Assembly: GCA_030704615.1 (NCBI GenBank)
Contig: CM060733.1
Coordinates: 14,384,001 to 14,448,000 of the forward strand
DNA: 64,000 bases
Source of the DNA: Takakia lepidozioides
Taxonomy: Eukaryota > Plantae > Bryophyta
Reading direction: 5' to 3'
Position numbers and translations under genes: made by a program. Below are positions 39,107 through 52,090 of the stretch, piece after piece (the stretch's first letter is position 1; each line of letters starts with the position of its first letter). Under the pieces are notes generated by a model. It had not been told where the DNA came from. It did no database searches and saw nothing but the letters and a program-made list of their open reading frames with translations.

Positions 39107-41870
39107 TCCCCATGACACCATTTCCATCTAATAATGTCAGGTTTCCAAATAGTGGTCTGACTTATTCCCTGAGACCATTGGTGGTCTAACTTCCTATCAA
39201 ACACATTATTTTGAAAACATTCTTACAGAATTCACTTCAGGACGATGTTCTACATTCAAGCCTCGTACTCTATCGGTGACAGGGGTTGGATGAGCTACAT
39301 GAACAGGTGTTGCAGTCCTATGTGACATGACGCATGGCTAATCTGCAGGAAGATGAGGTTGCTTCTCTTCTCAGTTTTACCCTCCTACTTGCCTATTATC
39401 CCTTTCTGGGAGTCCTTTCTTCAGGAGAGAGATTTGAGAGTCCTGGTTAGCCTGTGTCTGTGCTTACATTTGCAAACCTTTTTCACACTTCAGGAGGGTG
39501 ATAGAAATGCACGGTCTTGAAGCCTGGCTACTGTCTGGTGGAAATGTCATATCCTATCCTGCAGTTTCTTGGCTCTGCACTTCAAATGTGCATTGCTAGA
39601 GACTGCAGATTTAGAGGGGTGTATGCTTCCTCTGGTTTTACAAAAACTCAAATCTCCATGATTTGCATAGTGCCGTCATCTTTGCACTTGAGTCTAAATG
39701 TTCTGAGGGTCCCCACCTGCATCTTCCGAATGATGTACAATTCCCACCTTATTTGCTTATCTCCCATGAAGAATGATTGTGGAAAAGAAGTTTTCTAAAG
39801 CTGAAGGCCCTTATGGAATTTTTTGTTACCGTCTGAGCAATGGATGGGATATTTGCAAGGCATGTTTTCTGGGGATGATCCTGATGCTTGGGTACCAATT
39901 CAATGCAACTGTCCCAAGTTTCTCATGTGTGCTTTAGGTTCACTCAAGTCCTTTCTGATGACACATAATGTTGGGTGTGCTGACATTGATTTATGCTTGG
40001 TGGTGCAGTCGATAATCTTGCACCTTTCAAGGTCTTTCTTGTGGATTTGTGAAGCTTTGCACATTCAGCACGGAGATTTTTGATAACAGCTTCTGATGGT
40101 AAGCAGCACTAATTGCCTACTGAGATGTAGGGTGAAGGGGACGGTTGTTTTGTCGCAGTTCCTTGGAAAGACACATGAATATGGAGTGATAATGATTTAA
40201 TTTGACTTTACCTCTTTAAAGTAGAAGACAACTCCGGCCTGCATAATTAAGAGCAAATTTATCTCATGGTTACTCCCGCCTTTTGGGGGTGTGTTGTCTT
40301 GCAATATACTTATGAAGGGTTTTGCATCAGATGGATAACTCAATTGTGTGTGTCCAGGTGGATGTGTAGCACTACCCAGTGACCTGATCAAACATTGCAG
40401 ACTCTCTGACTGAAAATTCTTTTCTGGCAATCCTGATGGGTCACACTCCCACACCAGTTTCTGTAAGTTGTTTACCGTGGTGTTGTGCCTTCAATTTGTC
40501 AATTATGTGGGCATTTCTTTGTCTGAATATCTGCAACATGCATGCATATAAGTATGCATCATATATGTGTTTGAATGTCATGTACCCTCTCCGAAATGAG
40601 CAGAGTGTATTGTACAAGATGGTGCAATAATACCTCACATAAAGTCTCTTTGGTGATTCTGCAAGATTTTCATGGGGGTCAAATAGTTGTAAGGCACATA
40701 TATATGAAGTAGTTCTTGGGAAATTGATGAGGCATGGTCATTCATCATTTTGAGAAAGATCCCACTTGAATCATGGGCATGGGAGCACTTCTCTAGAATG
40801 GAAAGACAAATGTAAGATCTGATTGATGGTGCTGGATTCCCCACTAGTTCCAGAATGGCTGCCATGGATGTTGCTACAAGCTCTCACAGATTTATCATAG
40901 TTATGTAGACATTGATGTCTCTAAGTACAGAGTGGCATACTACTGCAAATACGACTCTAGATTTTATTGCTACACTAACAGCTTGTGGCCATGCAGGTAC
41001 AGGTATAGTTTCACATACAGAAATCAGTGGCTTGCTAAAAATTGCAACGGATTCCAAGGTTGCACAGGATGCTAGAGATTTCACATATCTGTCACACTTG
41101 CTACCAATTGGTACATTTGAGTGTACTAAGAGAATGAAAATGTGCAACTAGTCATACACTGAATGACAATGACCACACTGATCAGACGCATACCATACAA
41201 CACTGGAACGGATCCCCCTACATCCTAGGAGCCTGCTGCTTTCTTCTCACCCGTCTCTCTTAACCATGTCCTCAAATCTCTGCCTTCTCCATGGCTGAGA
41301 GTAGAGTAACAGCTGACCTTAGCTTCCAGTTAGTGCTTCGGATGCACTAGTTTGCATAGAGAGTGAGAGTTGGTACATCTCAGAGTGATCGTGTGATCGT
41401 GTGTTTGCAAGGATTTTGGTTGCTAGTGGTGTCACTTTCAGCTTCATCTGACCCTTTGGGCATTTTTGAGGTGGGTCTGTTACGTTGGTCTCGTTTTCGA
41501 CAATGTATGAGATAGCGAAAGACATGCATTTTGTCAGGGAAAGATTCAAAGAAACACTTTTGAACAGTCATGTAGACTGGACAGAACAATCTTCAAACTA
41601 TTTTCTCAGAGCATGGCAAGGTCGATATTCTCGTTGAAATGTTCCCACATGGTCGTTGCCATTTCTCAAATGAATGTATTTGTTGTACACGGAAAAAAAA
41701 GTTGCCTATTTGGACAGGACCATATACTAAGAATATGCAATACAAATTCATCCCCCACTTTCCACCAATAAAATAGAGTAACCTTACCTCGGGATTTCAT
41801 CAAATGCTATAAGAATGAAGTCTACAAACAATTGTGCTGATTGACCCCATGTGCAATGTGGTTCGTAGTG

Positions 41871-44800
41871 CTACGAAGTGAGGGATGAAAGGGATGCAAA
41901 GGATGGAAAGGCGTGCACTTTGGCATAGTTACAGCGCCTTAAGCTGGGGTAAAGATTGAGGAGATAATTAGGCATGAAATCGTGCCGTGTTAACAACCCA
42001 ACAACAGGTTGCCCCTGCAAGAAGCAAACCAGAAGATTATGTTATAGTTCATTGGAGACGACAATGATTCTCGACCGTTCGGCAATCGCAAATGCCATCA
42101 GTGTTAACTTGTGTGTGGTGATTGTACCAATGCCCGTTCTCTGTTTACCTCTTCTTTCTATAAGTTCCTACAAAGGAGTGTGCCTGTCATAGAAATTCAA
42201 TTATACCATTAATAGCAATAGCACCAATTCACACTGCTGTCAGAGGTTGGAGCTTACCTCTGAAGTTTTTGGCATAACGCAGAGATGCCGGAGCCCTAGC
42301 TGCCGAAACAGAGTGTATGCCTTGGCCAGTGACATGGTTTCTACCACAGTGTAGGGGGAGGTGTTGGTGACAGGTCGCAGATCTAGAAACAGCTCCTCTT
42401 CCTCAGCAGACAATTCCACATCCTCAATCCTGGCACCCTTCCCTGATCCTGGCTTGGCGAAGTCAGCTGGCGAGAATTTCAAGCCGTGGTCTAAAATTTG
42501 GCTAGATCCAATTGACATGAACTCTCTTTTCTTCAGCAAAACTAGTAGATGAGACCTGAGAACTAGGCCGCAGAACACTGGCTTGCCATGCATACCCCAG
42601 ACTTGTTCATCCATGACTGGGAAAGCATTGTGCTTTGTTGTACGCAGAATTTCCACAATAGTACCGACCCGCTCTATTCCTGAGAGCCATACCAGAGGAC
42701 GGGTGATGGCATCGCCTGCAGTCAGGTGGCGCATAAAGGGCAGAGGGTGGTCTTCTAAGAAGGGAATCCCCTTGATCCGGACATGTAACTGGTATAGGGC
42801 ATCATTGAACGAGTCCCCGACAGTTTTCGATATCAGCAACACAAGCATAATAAGAGGAAGCATCAATAAGTTGTTGGTGAGCTCCAGTAAGATAATGCAA
42901 AGAGAAACAGTCATACGCATGGAGCCTCCAAGAAAGGAGGCAGCTCCCAGAAGAGCGTAGATGCCTTCATCCATGGGTTTAATCTTGCAGAGCCATGTCA
43001 TCACCACGCCCACAATGCGCCCATAAGCAGCTCCGCACAAGATTGCGGGGATAAATAGCCCTGACGGCACTGTGATCCCATATGTCATTAATGCTAGCGA
43101 GTAGGAGGTGACAAGATATATGACCAGAGAGGACAAGTGGAATTCTTGTGAGGTTCCTGTACTAAACAGGTTTCGAATGGCGTCGTCATTTGTGTTGAAG
43201 AAAAGGCCTGCAAGGTCGTTGTACGTGTTTTCAGGGCAGTGAAATGATTTAAAATTACCAGTGCGACCGTAAGTGGGGCACACTGTCTCCCCTGACCCAT
43301 CCGTGATGTTGGAGCAGGGCTGACAGGTTGCCATCCATGGAAGCCCAAAACTGCAGATGGAGGTGATGAAGGCCACAATGCATGCTTGCACTAGTTTTGC
43401 AACAGCTCCTTTCCTGGTCATGTGAAGACACCATCAGATGCAATGTACCAATGCAACCTACACCGTAATGGAGGAAAACTAGCAATAAGTGCAAAATTCT
43501 ATGCCTAAAAGAAGTGATCAAATGTTCTCTGTATACTGAGGTGTACCGTCCAACTCTGAGCCCTAAGATGACATTCACGACAGTTTTCAAGCTAAAAAAC
43601 TGAAAACCCATCTTACTTCTTAAGCCAGCCACCGCTCCACATGACAATCTTGCCATTTATCTGGTTGAAAAGGCTTCCCAAAACACCCCCGGTGATGCCC
43701 AGAATCACCACCGGAATGAGCTCCAGCAGCCCGTAATTGTCTTGGACACCACTGATGTCGAAGATGATCAAGCCTCCTTCTCCAAAGAGACCACATGATC
43801 CATTTTCGCACCTTGCCATAAGTGAGCGTAAAACAACAGCCACCACAGCTGTAGTAAAGAACGCCCTCCATAGTAGTGAACTTCGCCACCTGTTACATGA
43901 ATAACCAACCTCAGTCCTCGGAAATACCTTATTTTTGAGGGCCTAAGTTAACTGACATAGTGCTCATGGTTCAATTCTCCTCGAGTCTGAGAACTGAAGG
44001 CCAAGTTACAATTCAGAATCGCACTCCACAGCGAACAAGTACAAGTTGACTGTATTGTAACAGGATAAGAGAGACCACAGTGGCATACCAGGATGTCACC
44101 TCCTCCAGAGCAAAGAGTACACCGCCCACAGGCGCCCGAAATGCTGCGGCAACCCCAGCAGCTGCACCACATGTTACAAGGTCGCGGCGATCTCTATCAT
44201 TCTTCAGGTATCGCAACCATTTCCATGTTAGACGGTATCTAGAGGAACCTCCCTGGCTCAATAAAGAGGCAATGCAAGCGCCAACGTGCACCAGGGGACC
44301 CTCCTTCCCCACTAGCAAACCACCAGACACAGCCCCAATGCTTCCGAGTATCTGCAGGCATCCATAAGCAGATCTCCTCCATTCAGTGATAGCAAAGCTG
44401 GAAAATTCTACAAAGGATCTTAGAAGGAAGGTCAATTTAAATTGCAATACCTGGATCTACAAGTGCTGGTTGCCCTCCCTTCCTCGTTGTCTCACTCTCT
44501 CTCTCTCTCACACACACATGTGTTCGGTCAAACTGGGCACGGGGTCAATCGCCACAAGGCTACGGCAAACAACATCTTACGTACGACTACATTCTCTCTC
44601 TCTCTCTCTCTCACACACACACGTACACAAACAATTTGGTCAGTATTTTAACTTGTGTTGTTGTACTGTGTCCCATAGGACAACTACCTGAGGTCATACA
44701 TAAAACATTTCTTCTTCTTCTTTTTCCCTCTCAGACACACTCAAACATACACGGAGGTTCTATTGTCAAATTTTGAAGGTGCCTTGCACCTGATCGTACT

Positions 44801-46585
44801 ATCGGGGTATCAGTGTCAGGAGACTGCCCTTCGCAGCATGCTGGAGTCCTGGACACTAAGATCTTTCACTTTGGATGTCCCCACCCCACACAGAGATCCA
44901 AGTTGCCATGATTGCGAGCATTCAGAAGTAGATTGAAGGAACCTTTGTTTTTCCAGTTTCGGCATTTAGAAATTAGAATAATGAGTTAATTTCACTCAGG
45001 TCAAGACTATGAGGCAAGTGCAGGTGCAATCTTTACCTTTACTAGAAGGGTACTGAGGGAGAATATATTGGGAGTATCAACACCGTTAAGATAGGCCTTG
45101 ACTTCAGGGATACCAGAGCCTGCTGCGGATGGGCTTATAAACACACACAGCATGGCAGACAGGAGGACCAGCAAGACATTGGTTCCAGCGTAGATTCCAA
45201 ACGCCATAGGAATTCTGCATCAACCTGCTAACGTCAGAGTCATGAATCCTCCCATACTTGTGTTGAATTGAGAAAATCAAAGGAACTCATGTTGCTGATG
45301 CATTGGCTGATCAATCCAAAGAAGCAAAAGAGTCCGTCCATCTCTGGAACAAACCGAAAGAACGATCAGTCAACTCCTTGAAATTCAGGCAAAGTGAAAG
45401 GAAAAGGTGAGACCGATTGGACTTCATGTAGCCGAGAGTAGCAAGGAATCTGGCACCCGAGATATTTTCGACCGCCAGGTTTATGATGAAGGAAACAAGG
45501 CCTGTGAGGACGCCCACAGCAAACGCAAACGTCCATTTCACGACTACATACTGCATTATCTCCAACCGTTTCCTGGAGCGCCAATCCTGCCTGAATAGAT
45601 CATTCTCGATGAGTCTGCAACAGCCACGTCAAGGAAAACCTAACTCAGTAGTGCAGAATTGTCTACTCAAGCTTGACCATGCCGTGGAGCTGTCCAAAGC
45701 TGTACAAGTAATTGCTTTGCAACTTAGACAAAAATTTGACTAGCTCATCGAACTTGACAAATCCTTGTGGCCTTACAACAAAGACTAACATATCTTCGCT
45801 CTCTGAAATTAATGTGCTGCCTGTTCAAAGAAGAGTCTGGTCCCGGCTAGGAACTTACAACCGCATCTGAACGAGTGATGTCCAGTATTAAAACATTTGG
45901 ATTTGAACAAGGAGGAAAAGGAACCGGTGTCCACTGAAGCTCGTGCAATATGAATGCGAGCGAAGATGATGCTAGATTCATGATCAAGATGATGCGAAAC
46001 ACAATGAGTGAAGAAGTGAAATTCTGGGATCTTTCACTTTCAACTCGACTCTCTGAATTTTCTTTAGATAATGCGGCAGGTGGTACAGGACACCGGTAGT
46101 ATCTTCGAGCTCTTCACTCTTCCAAATTTGATCGAGTCATGGACACATGTACAGGCCAGGTCCGTGACACTGGCCTCTTTGCCTGCACCAAGACCTTGAC
46201 TAATGGAGATCAACAGTCTAACCTCCACACTGGACGTTAAACAATTAGAGTTGGTTACTATCCTGGCTCAGATTTGCTGCTTTTTGTGGTACCTAAATTG
46301 ATCCAAAGAAGGGAACAAGTCAATAATAATCCCTTGCCTATTCTCCCGGACAAAGCTCCCCAAAACTCAATTCTAAGCCCCTCAGATAGCAGACAGTGCA
46401 AGAGTCTTCGAAACATACTCATAATCAAGGCTCTCGATAGGGGATATTTTCACGCTAATCATGGCTTGGTGATGAGAGCCGTGTGCAGCAAATCCATTCG
46501 TATGCAACGGTTCCTTCTCAATCAAAGGCTCATACAAATCAAGCTGCGGAGGCGGGGCAGCCTCGACGTCAATGTTGTCCTCCAT
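41871..46585 (-). CDS. CLC: CLC-family chloride/proton antiporter with two CBS domains; exons 46585-46419, 45614-45414, 45214-45037, 44351-44089, 43889-43617, 43413-42258, 42014-41871
   Basis: IESLDYE, GSGIPE (Ser selectivity site), GKEGP (gating Glu), LFALEEV (proton Glu), PSGLFIP, LGGSMRMTVS, HNAFPV, LFRQLGLRHL, GLLTRHDF. Introns are GT-AG and in phase. The start codon is chosen by inference. Confidence 0.96.
44521..44591 (+). mobile_element. LINE 3'-end fragment in a CLC intron
   Basis: TCAAACTGGGCACGGGGTCAATCGCCACAAGGCTACGGCAAAC is near-identical to the LINE end at 50044-50086; flanked on both sides by (TC)n(AC)n. Confidence 0.85.
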
Positions 46586-46806
46586 TGCCTGATCATGTAT
46601 ATTACAACCCCAGCCACAGTCCTCGACCTGCTTGGTGCTAGAGGAACAGCAAGAGTCTACCCTGCTTAGCAAGCCGATCGGCCATGGTAGAGTGAAGTAG
46701 AGATGCGGGATCTTGGACGGAGGGCCAATAACTGTAGCGACTTATACCTATCATCTTGCGTCTATGAGAGGAAACAGGGGAAGACTAAAACACTCTCGGA
46801 TACAGC

Positions 46807-46845
46807 GGCAAGGCAAGGCAAGGCAAGGCAAAGCAAGGCAAGGCA
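46807..46845. repeat. (GGCAA)n pentanucleotide microsatellite upstream of the CLC coding region
   Basis: About 7-8 tandem GGCAA units with one variant. Confidence 0.9.
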
Positions 46846-48740
46846 GACAGTAATATAACGTGAAGACCCCGGGATGAGGTGTACCGCGGTGTCTTCTAAT
46901 CCACCGGAAGCTTCCGTGCTTACCGCCAGAGACAGCAAGAAACACAGATTGTGCTCGCTAACATCGAGCTTCACTCTAACAAGCTCCGCATCTCTTGCAT
47001 CCTCCCAACACACTACACGCAACGCGCTCTATAGCTCCACCGAAAGAAAGGCCACCTACTGCCCGGCCTGCCCGTCCGTTAACGCTGAGCTGTAACGAAT
47101 ACCTGCTCTCAGGTGGTTTCAATTGGCGGCAGACCCGTACAGCACTGTTTCCCTCTAATCAAAACTGTCCGACCGCCTGCGCACGTGTGCATCTGCTCTA
47201 ACGCGGCGAGCGCGGGTTGCAGCAGATTCCAAGTCCTCCGCCCTCCTTTTCAGAGGGCGGGCTCGTTCAATGTATCTTTCGCCCGGTTTTGGATGTCCGA
47301 AAAAGCAAGAGATTCGTCGAGTCCCAACTTTTCCGTTAGCGCTCCTTGTAAAGCACTCCTCGATTATTCCCTTTATAAATATAGTACCGAAACATCGATT
47401 CCGCGCTCTGCCCAGTGTTTTATTTTTCATATTTCCAAAATCGCTGGCGGGCCACCTGTGGGCTCCACCCAGTGCCCATGTGGCGAGAATATCGAGGTGA
47501 CAAAGCTACAAAAGTGGCTATATTCCAGGTGTCAAGTTATCATCTCCTGGTGCTTTTTGGCGAAAATCTCGGATTTTACCCCCAATAATTCTTCTATACA
47601 AGTAGCTGACCAGGTTTCCAGGTCGAAATCTGGCGATTTTTCGCCAGAAAGAAAAACACAGGCTCTACCCCAGCGACCTCGTAATCGTTTGGCGCTTAAT
47701 AAGTTGCATTACATTAGTTCTTAAGTTATTACCAGTGTTGGGCGGTTACCCGCCTGGGCCCGGGTAACCGCCGGTTCCGGTTCCGGTTATGTGGAACCGG
47801 ACCGCAACCGGAACCGGAAATCCAGGATTGTGTGGGAACCGGAACCGGCGGTTCCAGCTACGACCACATGTGTGGGAACCGGGTTTGGGGGTTAGGGTTC
47901 CGGTTCCGGTTCCGGTTCCACCCCTGGGCTGTAGCCCTAAGTGTCTCTACGTGCGCGGTTCATGATGCGGCGAAGCGGAAGGTAATCGGCCACGCCGTAG
48001 TGCTGCAATAGTCCCAGAAGGCCACATCATTGGCTTGCCATCTCCATCTCACTGTGAATTCGGGCTTTGTAGCATGCGTCTGCGTTGAAGGATCGGACAG
48101 GGGAGAGATGGAAGTGTGGGAGGGGCGTGGGATTTGTTTGGGTCACAACGTTTCTACTTTGTTTCGGGAGAAACAAGGCAGGGAAGGGGAGAGCAGGAGT
48201 ATGATATGTTTCACGCTGCATGCCTGATTACAATAATGTGGATTCTGGTAGAAGCAGCTTAGGAGAGAATCCGTGTCGGACGCTTGTGTTGTGCAATACA
48301 TTGGTGGGGTCATGATTCAACTCGACCGGATTCAGGAAGAAGCAAAGGAAAACGGAACGAAGGCATGGCGGGGAGAGTGCCAGAACAGCTTCGGGTAATA
48401 CTTCTGCTCAGACTGTCTCGAAGCGTATATAACTTGTCATTCAGTCTCTCTCCTCCATTTTCACGATGCATATATGTATGGAGTGAATGCAAGGGCAATT
48501 TCTTATGAGGATAAACGGATTCTTTACATGAGGTTTTCCGCACCCTAAGACACAAATGCACACACCAGTCTCTTTCCTCTCTCTCGTGAGCTCCTTGGCT
48601 CCCACACCCCCTAAAACAGTGCTGGTTTTGGTTCAAGTTCTACCGTATCCTACAGGCCCTCTGGTGGTTGGCCTCCTTAGTTTCTCCCTCCTCTCTCGCA
48701 GCTTACCTTCTCTCTCTTCTCTTTTCTCTTGTTTCTCTCG

Positions 48741-50101
48741 GCTTGTTTCTCTCGGCTTTCGGCGAAACAGGGGCTGTGTGGATCATATCTTCACTCTAAG
48801 CCAGATTATTCAGGGAAGGAAAAAAGAAGGGAAACCCACTTATGTTTTTTTCCTGGATGTCAGCAAATGTGCAGTGGTAGCATTCAACGACAGAGGAGAG
48901 GGAGGAAGTGATCTTGTGGCAGTGGGGTAGCCAAGAGATCCCGGTCCTCCCTTCCTACACTTACCTGGGCGTTGAGTTTTCCTCCGTTTGTAGTTAGGAT
49001 GCACATATCCGGAAAGTTGTTCAAACTGGCAAGGGCAAAGCTCTGGGGCTCACTAAATTTTTCCACTGCAGAGGGGTCATCTCTGAGGTTAAGAAAACCA
49101 TGCTTTGTCGCGTTATTAGACCTGCCTTGGAGTACGGATCTGCTATATGGGTTGATAACTCCAACCAGGCTAAGTCTCTAGAATCCATTCAAGTGGGGGT
49201 GCTTAAGGAGTGTATGTCAGCATGCTCCAAAACAGCCAATGTGGCTGTTCGGGGTGAGTTTGGCATTCCATCCTTAAGCTCCCGACGAGATGAATTCAAG
49301 GTCAGATGGTGGGGTCAGCTGCAACATATGCCCAACACCAGATATCCTAAGTTCATCGACTCTATATCTTGGAAACAGGACCGCCCTGTCAAACAGGCTA
49401 AGTCCTGGCAGAAGAGAGTAGAAAAGATTCTCAAGGACCTGGATCTGGATCCGCAAGTCTTGACCCTGTTGGATAAATCTGCCTTAGAGGCTGCAATGTC
49501 TGAGGCCATGTCTGTTGCCATGAGATTGTCTGATGAAAATGAAGTTAGGCAGAGAACTTCCCTGAACTTGTTTCCAGTCAGTGACATGGGGGTGGACATC
49601 TTGGATGACCTCAAGGGTCTACCCACTCTCGGCACTAGACTGAAATTTAAACTCAGGGCAGGAAGCCTACCTTTGAACAGCAAACAGAAGCAGAGAGGAA
49701 AGGGAGAGTGCAATTGTCCGTTCTGTGGGCAATCTGAAGACAGTATTCATTTTCTGATACGCTGTCCGGGGTTCTCTCACCAAAGAGAGGCTCTCTTCAA
49801 TTTTATCAAGGGAATTGTGCCTGTACCCCTGTTTACCAACTTTGAAAGTCTCGAGGCTGAGCCAAAAGCCCAGGCCCTCTTGAGGCCTAGTTTTTGGGCA
49901 AATCACACACAGCAGATTGATGCTTGTGTGAAGGGTTTTCTAGAGGATATCTGGAAAACCCGGATTAATTCCTTATACGATGGTAAGTCTTACTACCAAC
50001 GTCAGCCCCTGACGGAGGTAGGTTCTGTTCCTTTTGTTCCCGCTCAAACTGGGCGCGGGGTCAATGGCCACAAGGCTACGGCAAACGTCTTATGAGTACA
50101 A
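48741..50101 (+). mobile_element. 5'-truncated, internally deleted non-LTR retrotransposon (RTE/RTEX-like) nested in the hAT
   Basis: RT motifs GFRRNRGCVDHIF, FLDVSK, YTYLGV, RPALEYGSAIW; C-terminal CPFC...HFLIRCP zinc knuckle; stop at 50095; 16-bp TSD TCTCTTGTTTCTCTCG (48725-48740, 50102-50117). Confidence 0.9.
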
Positions 50102-50899
50102 TCTCTTGTTTCTCTCGTGGCTTCACCAGCGTGAGGTACGCCCTCTCTGAGGGAAAGGCCCCCCTGCAGGCAGGGTTTGTGTCTGGCATGGCTAATCCTG
50201 GTTAATAGGCCAGTGCAAGTTGATGCTGCAGCTTAGCCTTCCAGAACCCCCTCCCTGTCCCTCTTCACCTTCCTGTTCTGATTAATCCCACCTCGGAGAG
50301 CATGCCCCTGCATCATAACACGAAAGATCAATGCGCTTACCCATGTGTTGTTCAGAACGAGGGCCCTATGAGTAATTTGCTTATCTAGAGCGAGCAGCAA
50401 GACAAGTGTATTGACTCAGACAGCGCAAGTGCAGAATGGCCCACATCGAGTCACCTGGACAATATATTGGAGTAGCGAAGAAATAGACCAACAACTGCTG
50501 CTGCTCCCCGAAGATCAAATCGGTTGTATAGTGAGATAGATTCTGCAGGTTTGCACCTCGCGCTGTAGTTGGTCAACAAATTTGCCACTTCTTCGCTTCT
50601 GTGCTAGCTACATAATCTAGATGAATTCAGACCAACCGAGAAGAATTAACCCAGAAAGAGGTCAGCTTCTGCCCCTCTCTTGTACGGTGCTTAGTTGTAC
50701 AATCTGGATGACAGCCAGGCTAGCTTTGTATGACCAATCTGTACTTTTGCAGCACATAATGGATAGCAAGTTGGTTGGGGCGTAATGACAGTAGGTTGCT
50801 TCCTTGCCTCAGTGTCTATTGCCATGATCAATGTTGTTCATCGTGCAACAGAGATTTATACAGAACCTCGGCGCCTGACTGTTCCTGTATATGTGGCAG

Positions 50900-50961
50900 G
50901 TGCACACATACTTTCGGGAAATGTGTTTGAACCACGAGCACTCAGTGAGCTCCTTCCAGAT
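50900..50961 (+). pseudogene. ETFQO: Captured fragment of electron-transfer flavoprotein:ubiquinone oxidoreductase
   Basis: GAHILSGNVFEPRALSELLPD is the conserved ETF-QO N-terminal motif; preceded by an acceptor-like GGCAG|; lies inside the hAT. Confidence 0.85.
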
Positions 50962-52090
50962 TTACCCAGGTTTTGCATCGAGTGAGGTAACCCCCTTTTC
51001 TTTTGTTCACCATTCTGTGGGTTATTGTATTGGCAGAATTGATTTTCACCCTGTTGTGAGGGGTCTCCGCACTGTTCATTTCCAAGAAGTTGTATTGTGG
51101 GATGGTAGGATAGCTGCAGGTGGAGCTGAATAAGGTGCTTATGCAGGTTTTGTACGAGGGTGTTCCTCTTTTCGCTGTGTGTCAGGGAATCTTGAACAAT
51201 GTTGACTGGCGAGAGGAGGTATGTGAGCAGCCATCCCCCCGTCTCTTCCATCCTCTCCTTCAGGGGCTCTCTCGTTCATAGTTTCTAGCTACTCCACGTG
51301 GCACTGCATTCTGGCTGTCTTCACTTGAAAGTCAACCTGGTCTTGGTTGTCAGTTATTTAGTCATCCAGTCGTCTCCAAGTGTTGTTCAACTACTGAAGA
51401 GGGCTTTTCAAAAGAGAATGATCTAAGCAATCGAGTGGATGTCAATGCTGTAGCAAGTAGAGTTAGTGACGTTGGTAAGCATCCACCACTTTTGGTTATT
51501 TTACTGTTTTTAGCTTTAGTTCACCATGAAGCTAATCAGCTTCCTCCTTTTCTGCTATGGCATGTGGTGCACAAGTTTAGGAGGACGAGCAAGGAGGGCC
51601 CACCTGCAACCAGGCCCCTTGGTCCATGGTAATCATTGATCATCATTCTTTTTTTTTTTTTTTTTTTTCCTGTTTTCTTTGATGATATACCAAGGGGCTG
51701 ATAGCCCTTGCTCCACTATGGTAGATTTTATATTGGAGGGAGCACAAGCAAAGAGGGGCCCGCCAACCAGCCCACATTGATCATCACTGGTAAGTATCTT
51801 CCCTTTCTTTAAATTTTTTTAATTCTTGATACAATTGGGGGTTGATGAGATAGCCCCTTTGGCTTCTGTTATAGCAGATTCTGCATGAGAGGGAGGGAGC
51901 CCAAAGTAGGGAGGGACCTGCCAACCAGCCACCATTACCCGCTTGTAACTCCCTTTCATTGAGCTTTATTTTTTTAGTTGTTTACATTTTTAGTTGTAAA
52001 TATATGAGTTGTGTACAATTATTAAATGCCTTTTGGATTCTTTGTTTGCATTGTTTTTACACAGGAGTTGTTCCACAAGCTTTTTATGTC

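Noticed and set aside
40700-41000. PPR-like snippets (FIATLTACGHAG; LSILEKCSHA)
   Set aside because: Too short and on opposite strands; could be chance or highly decayed fragments.
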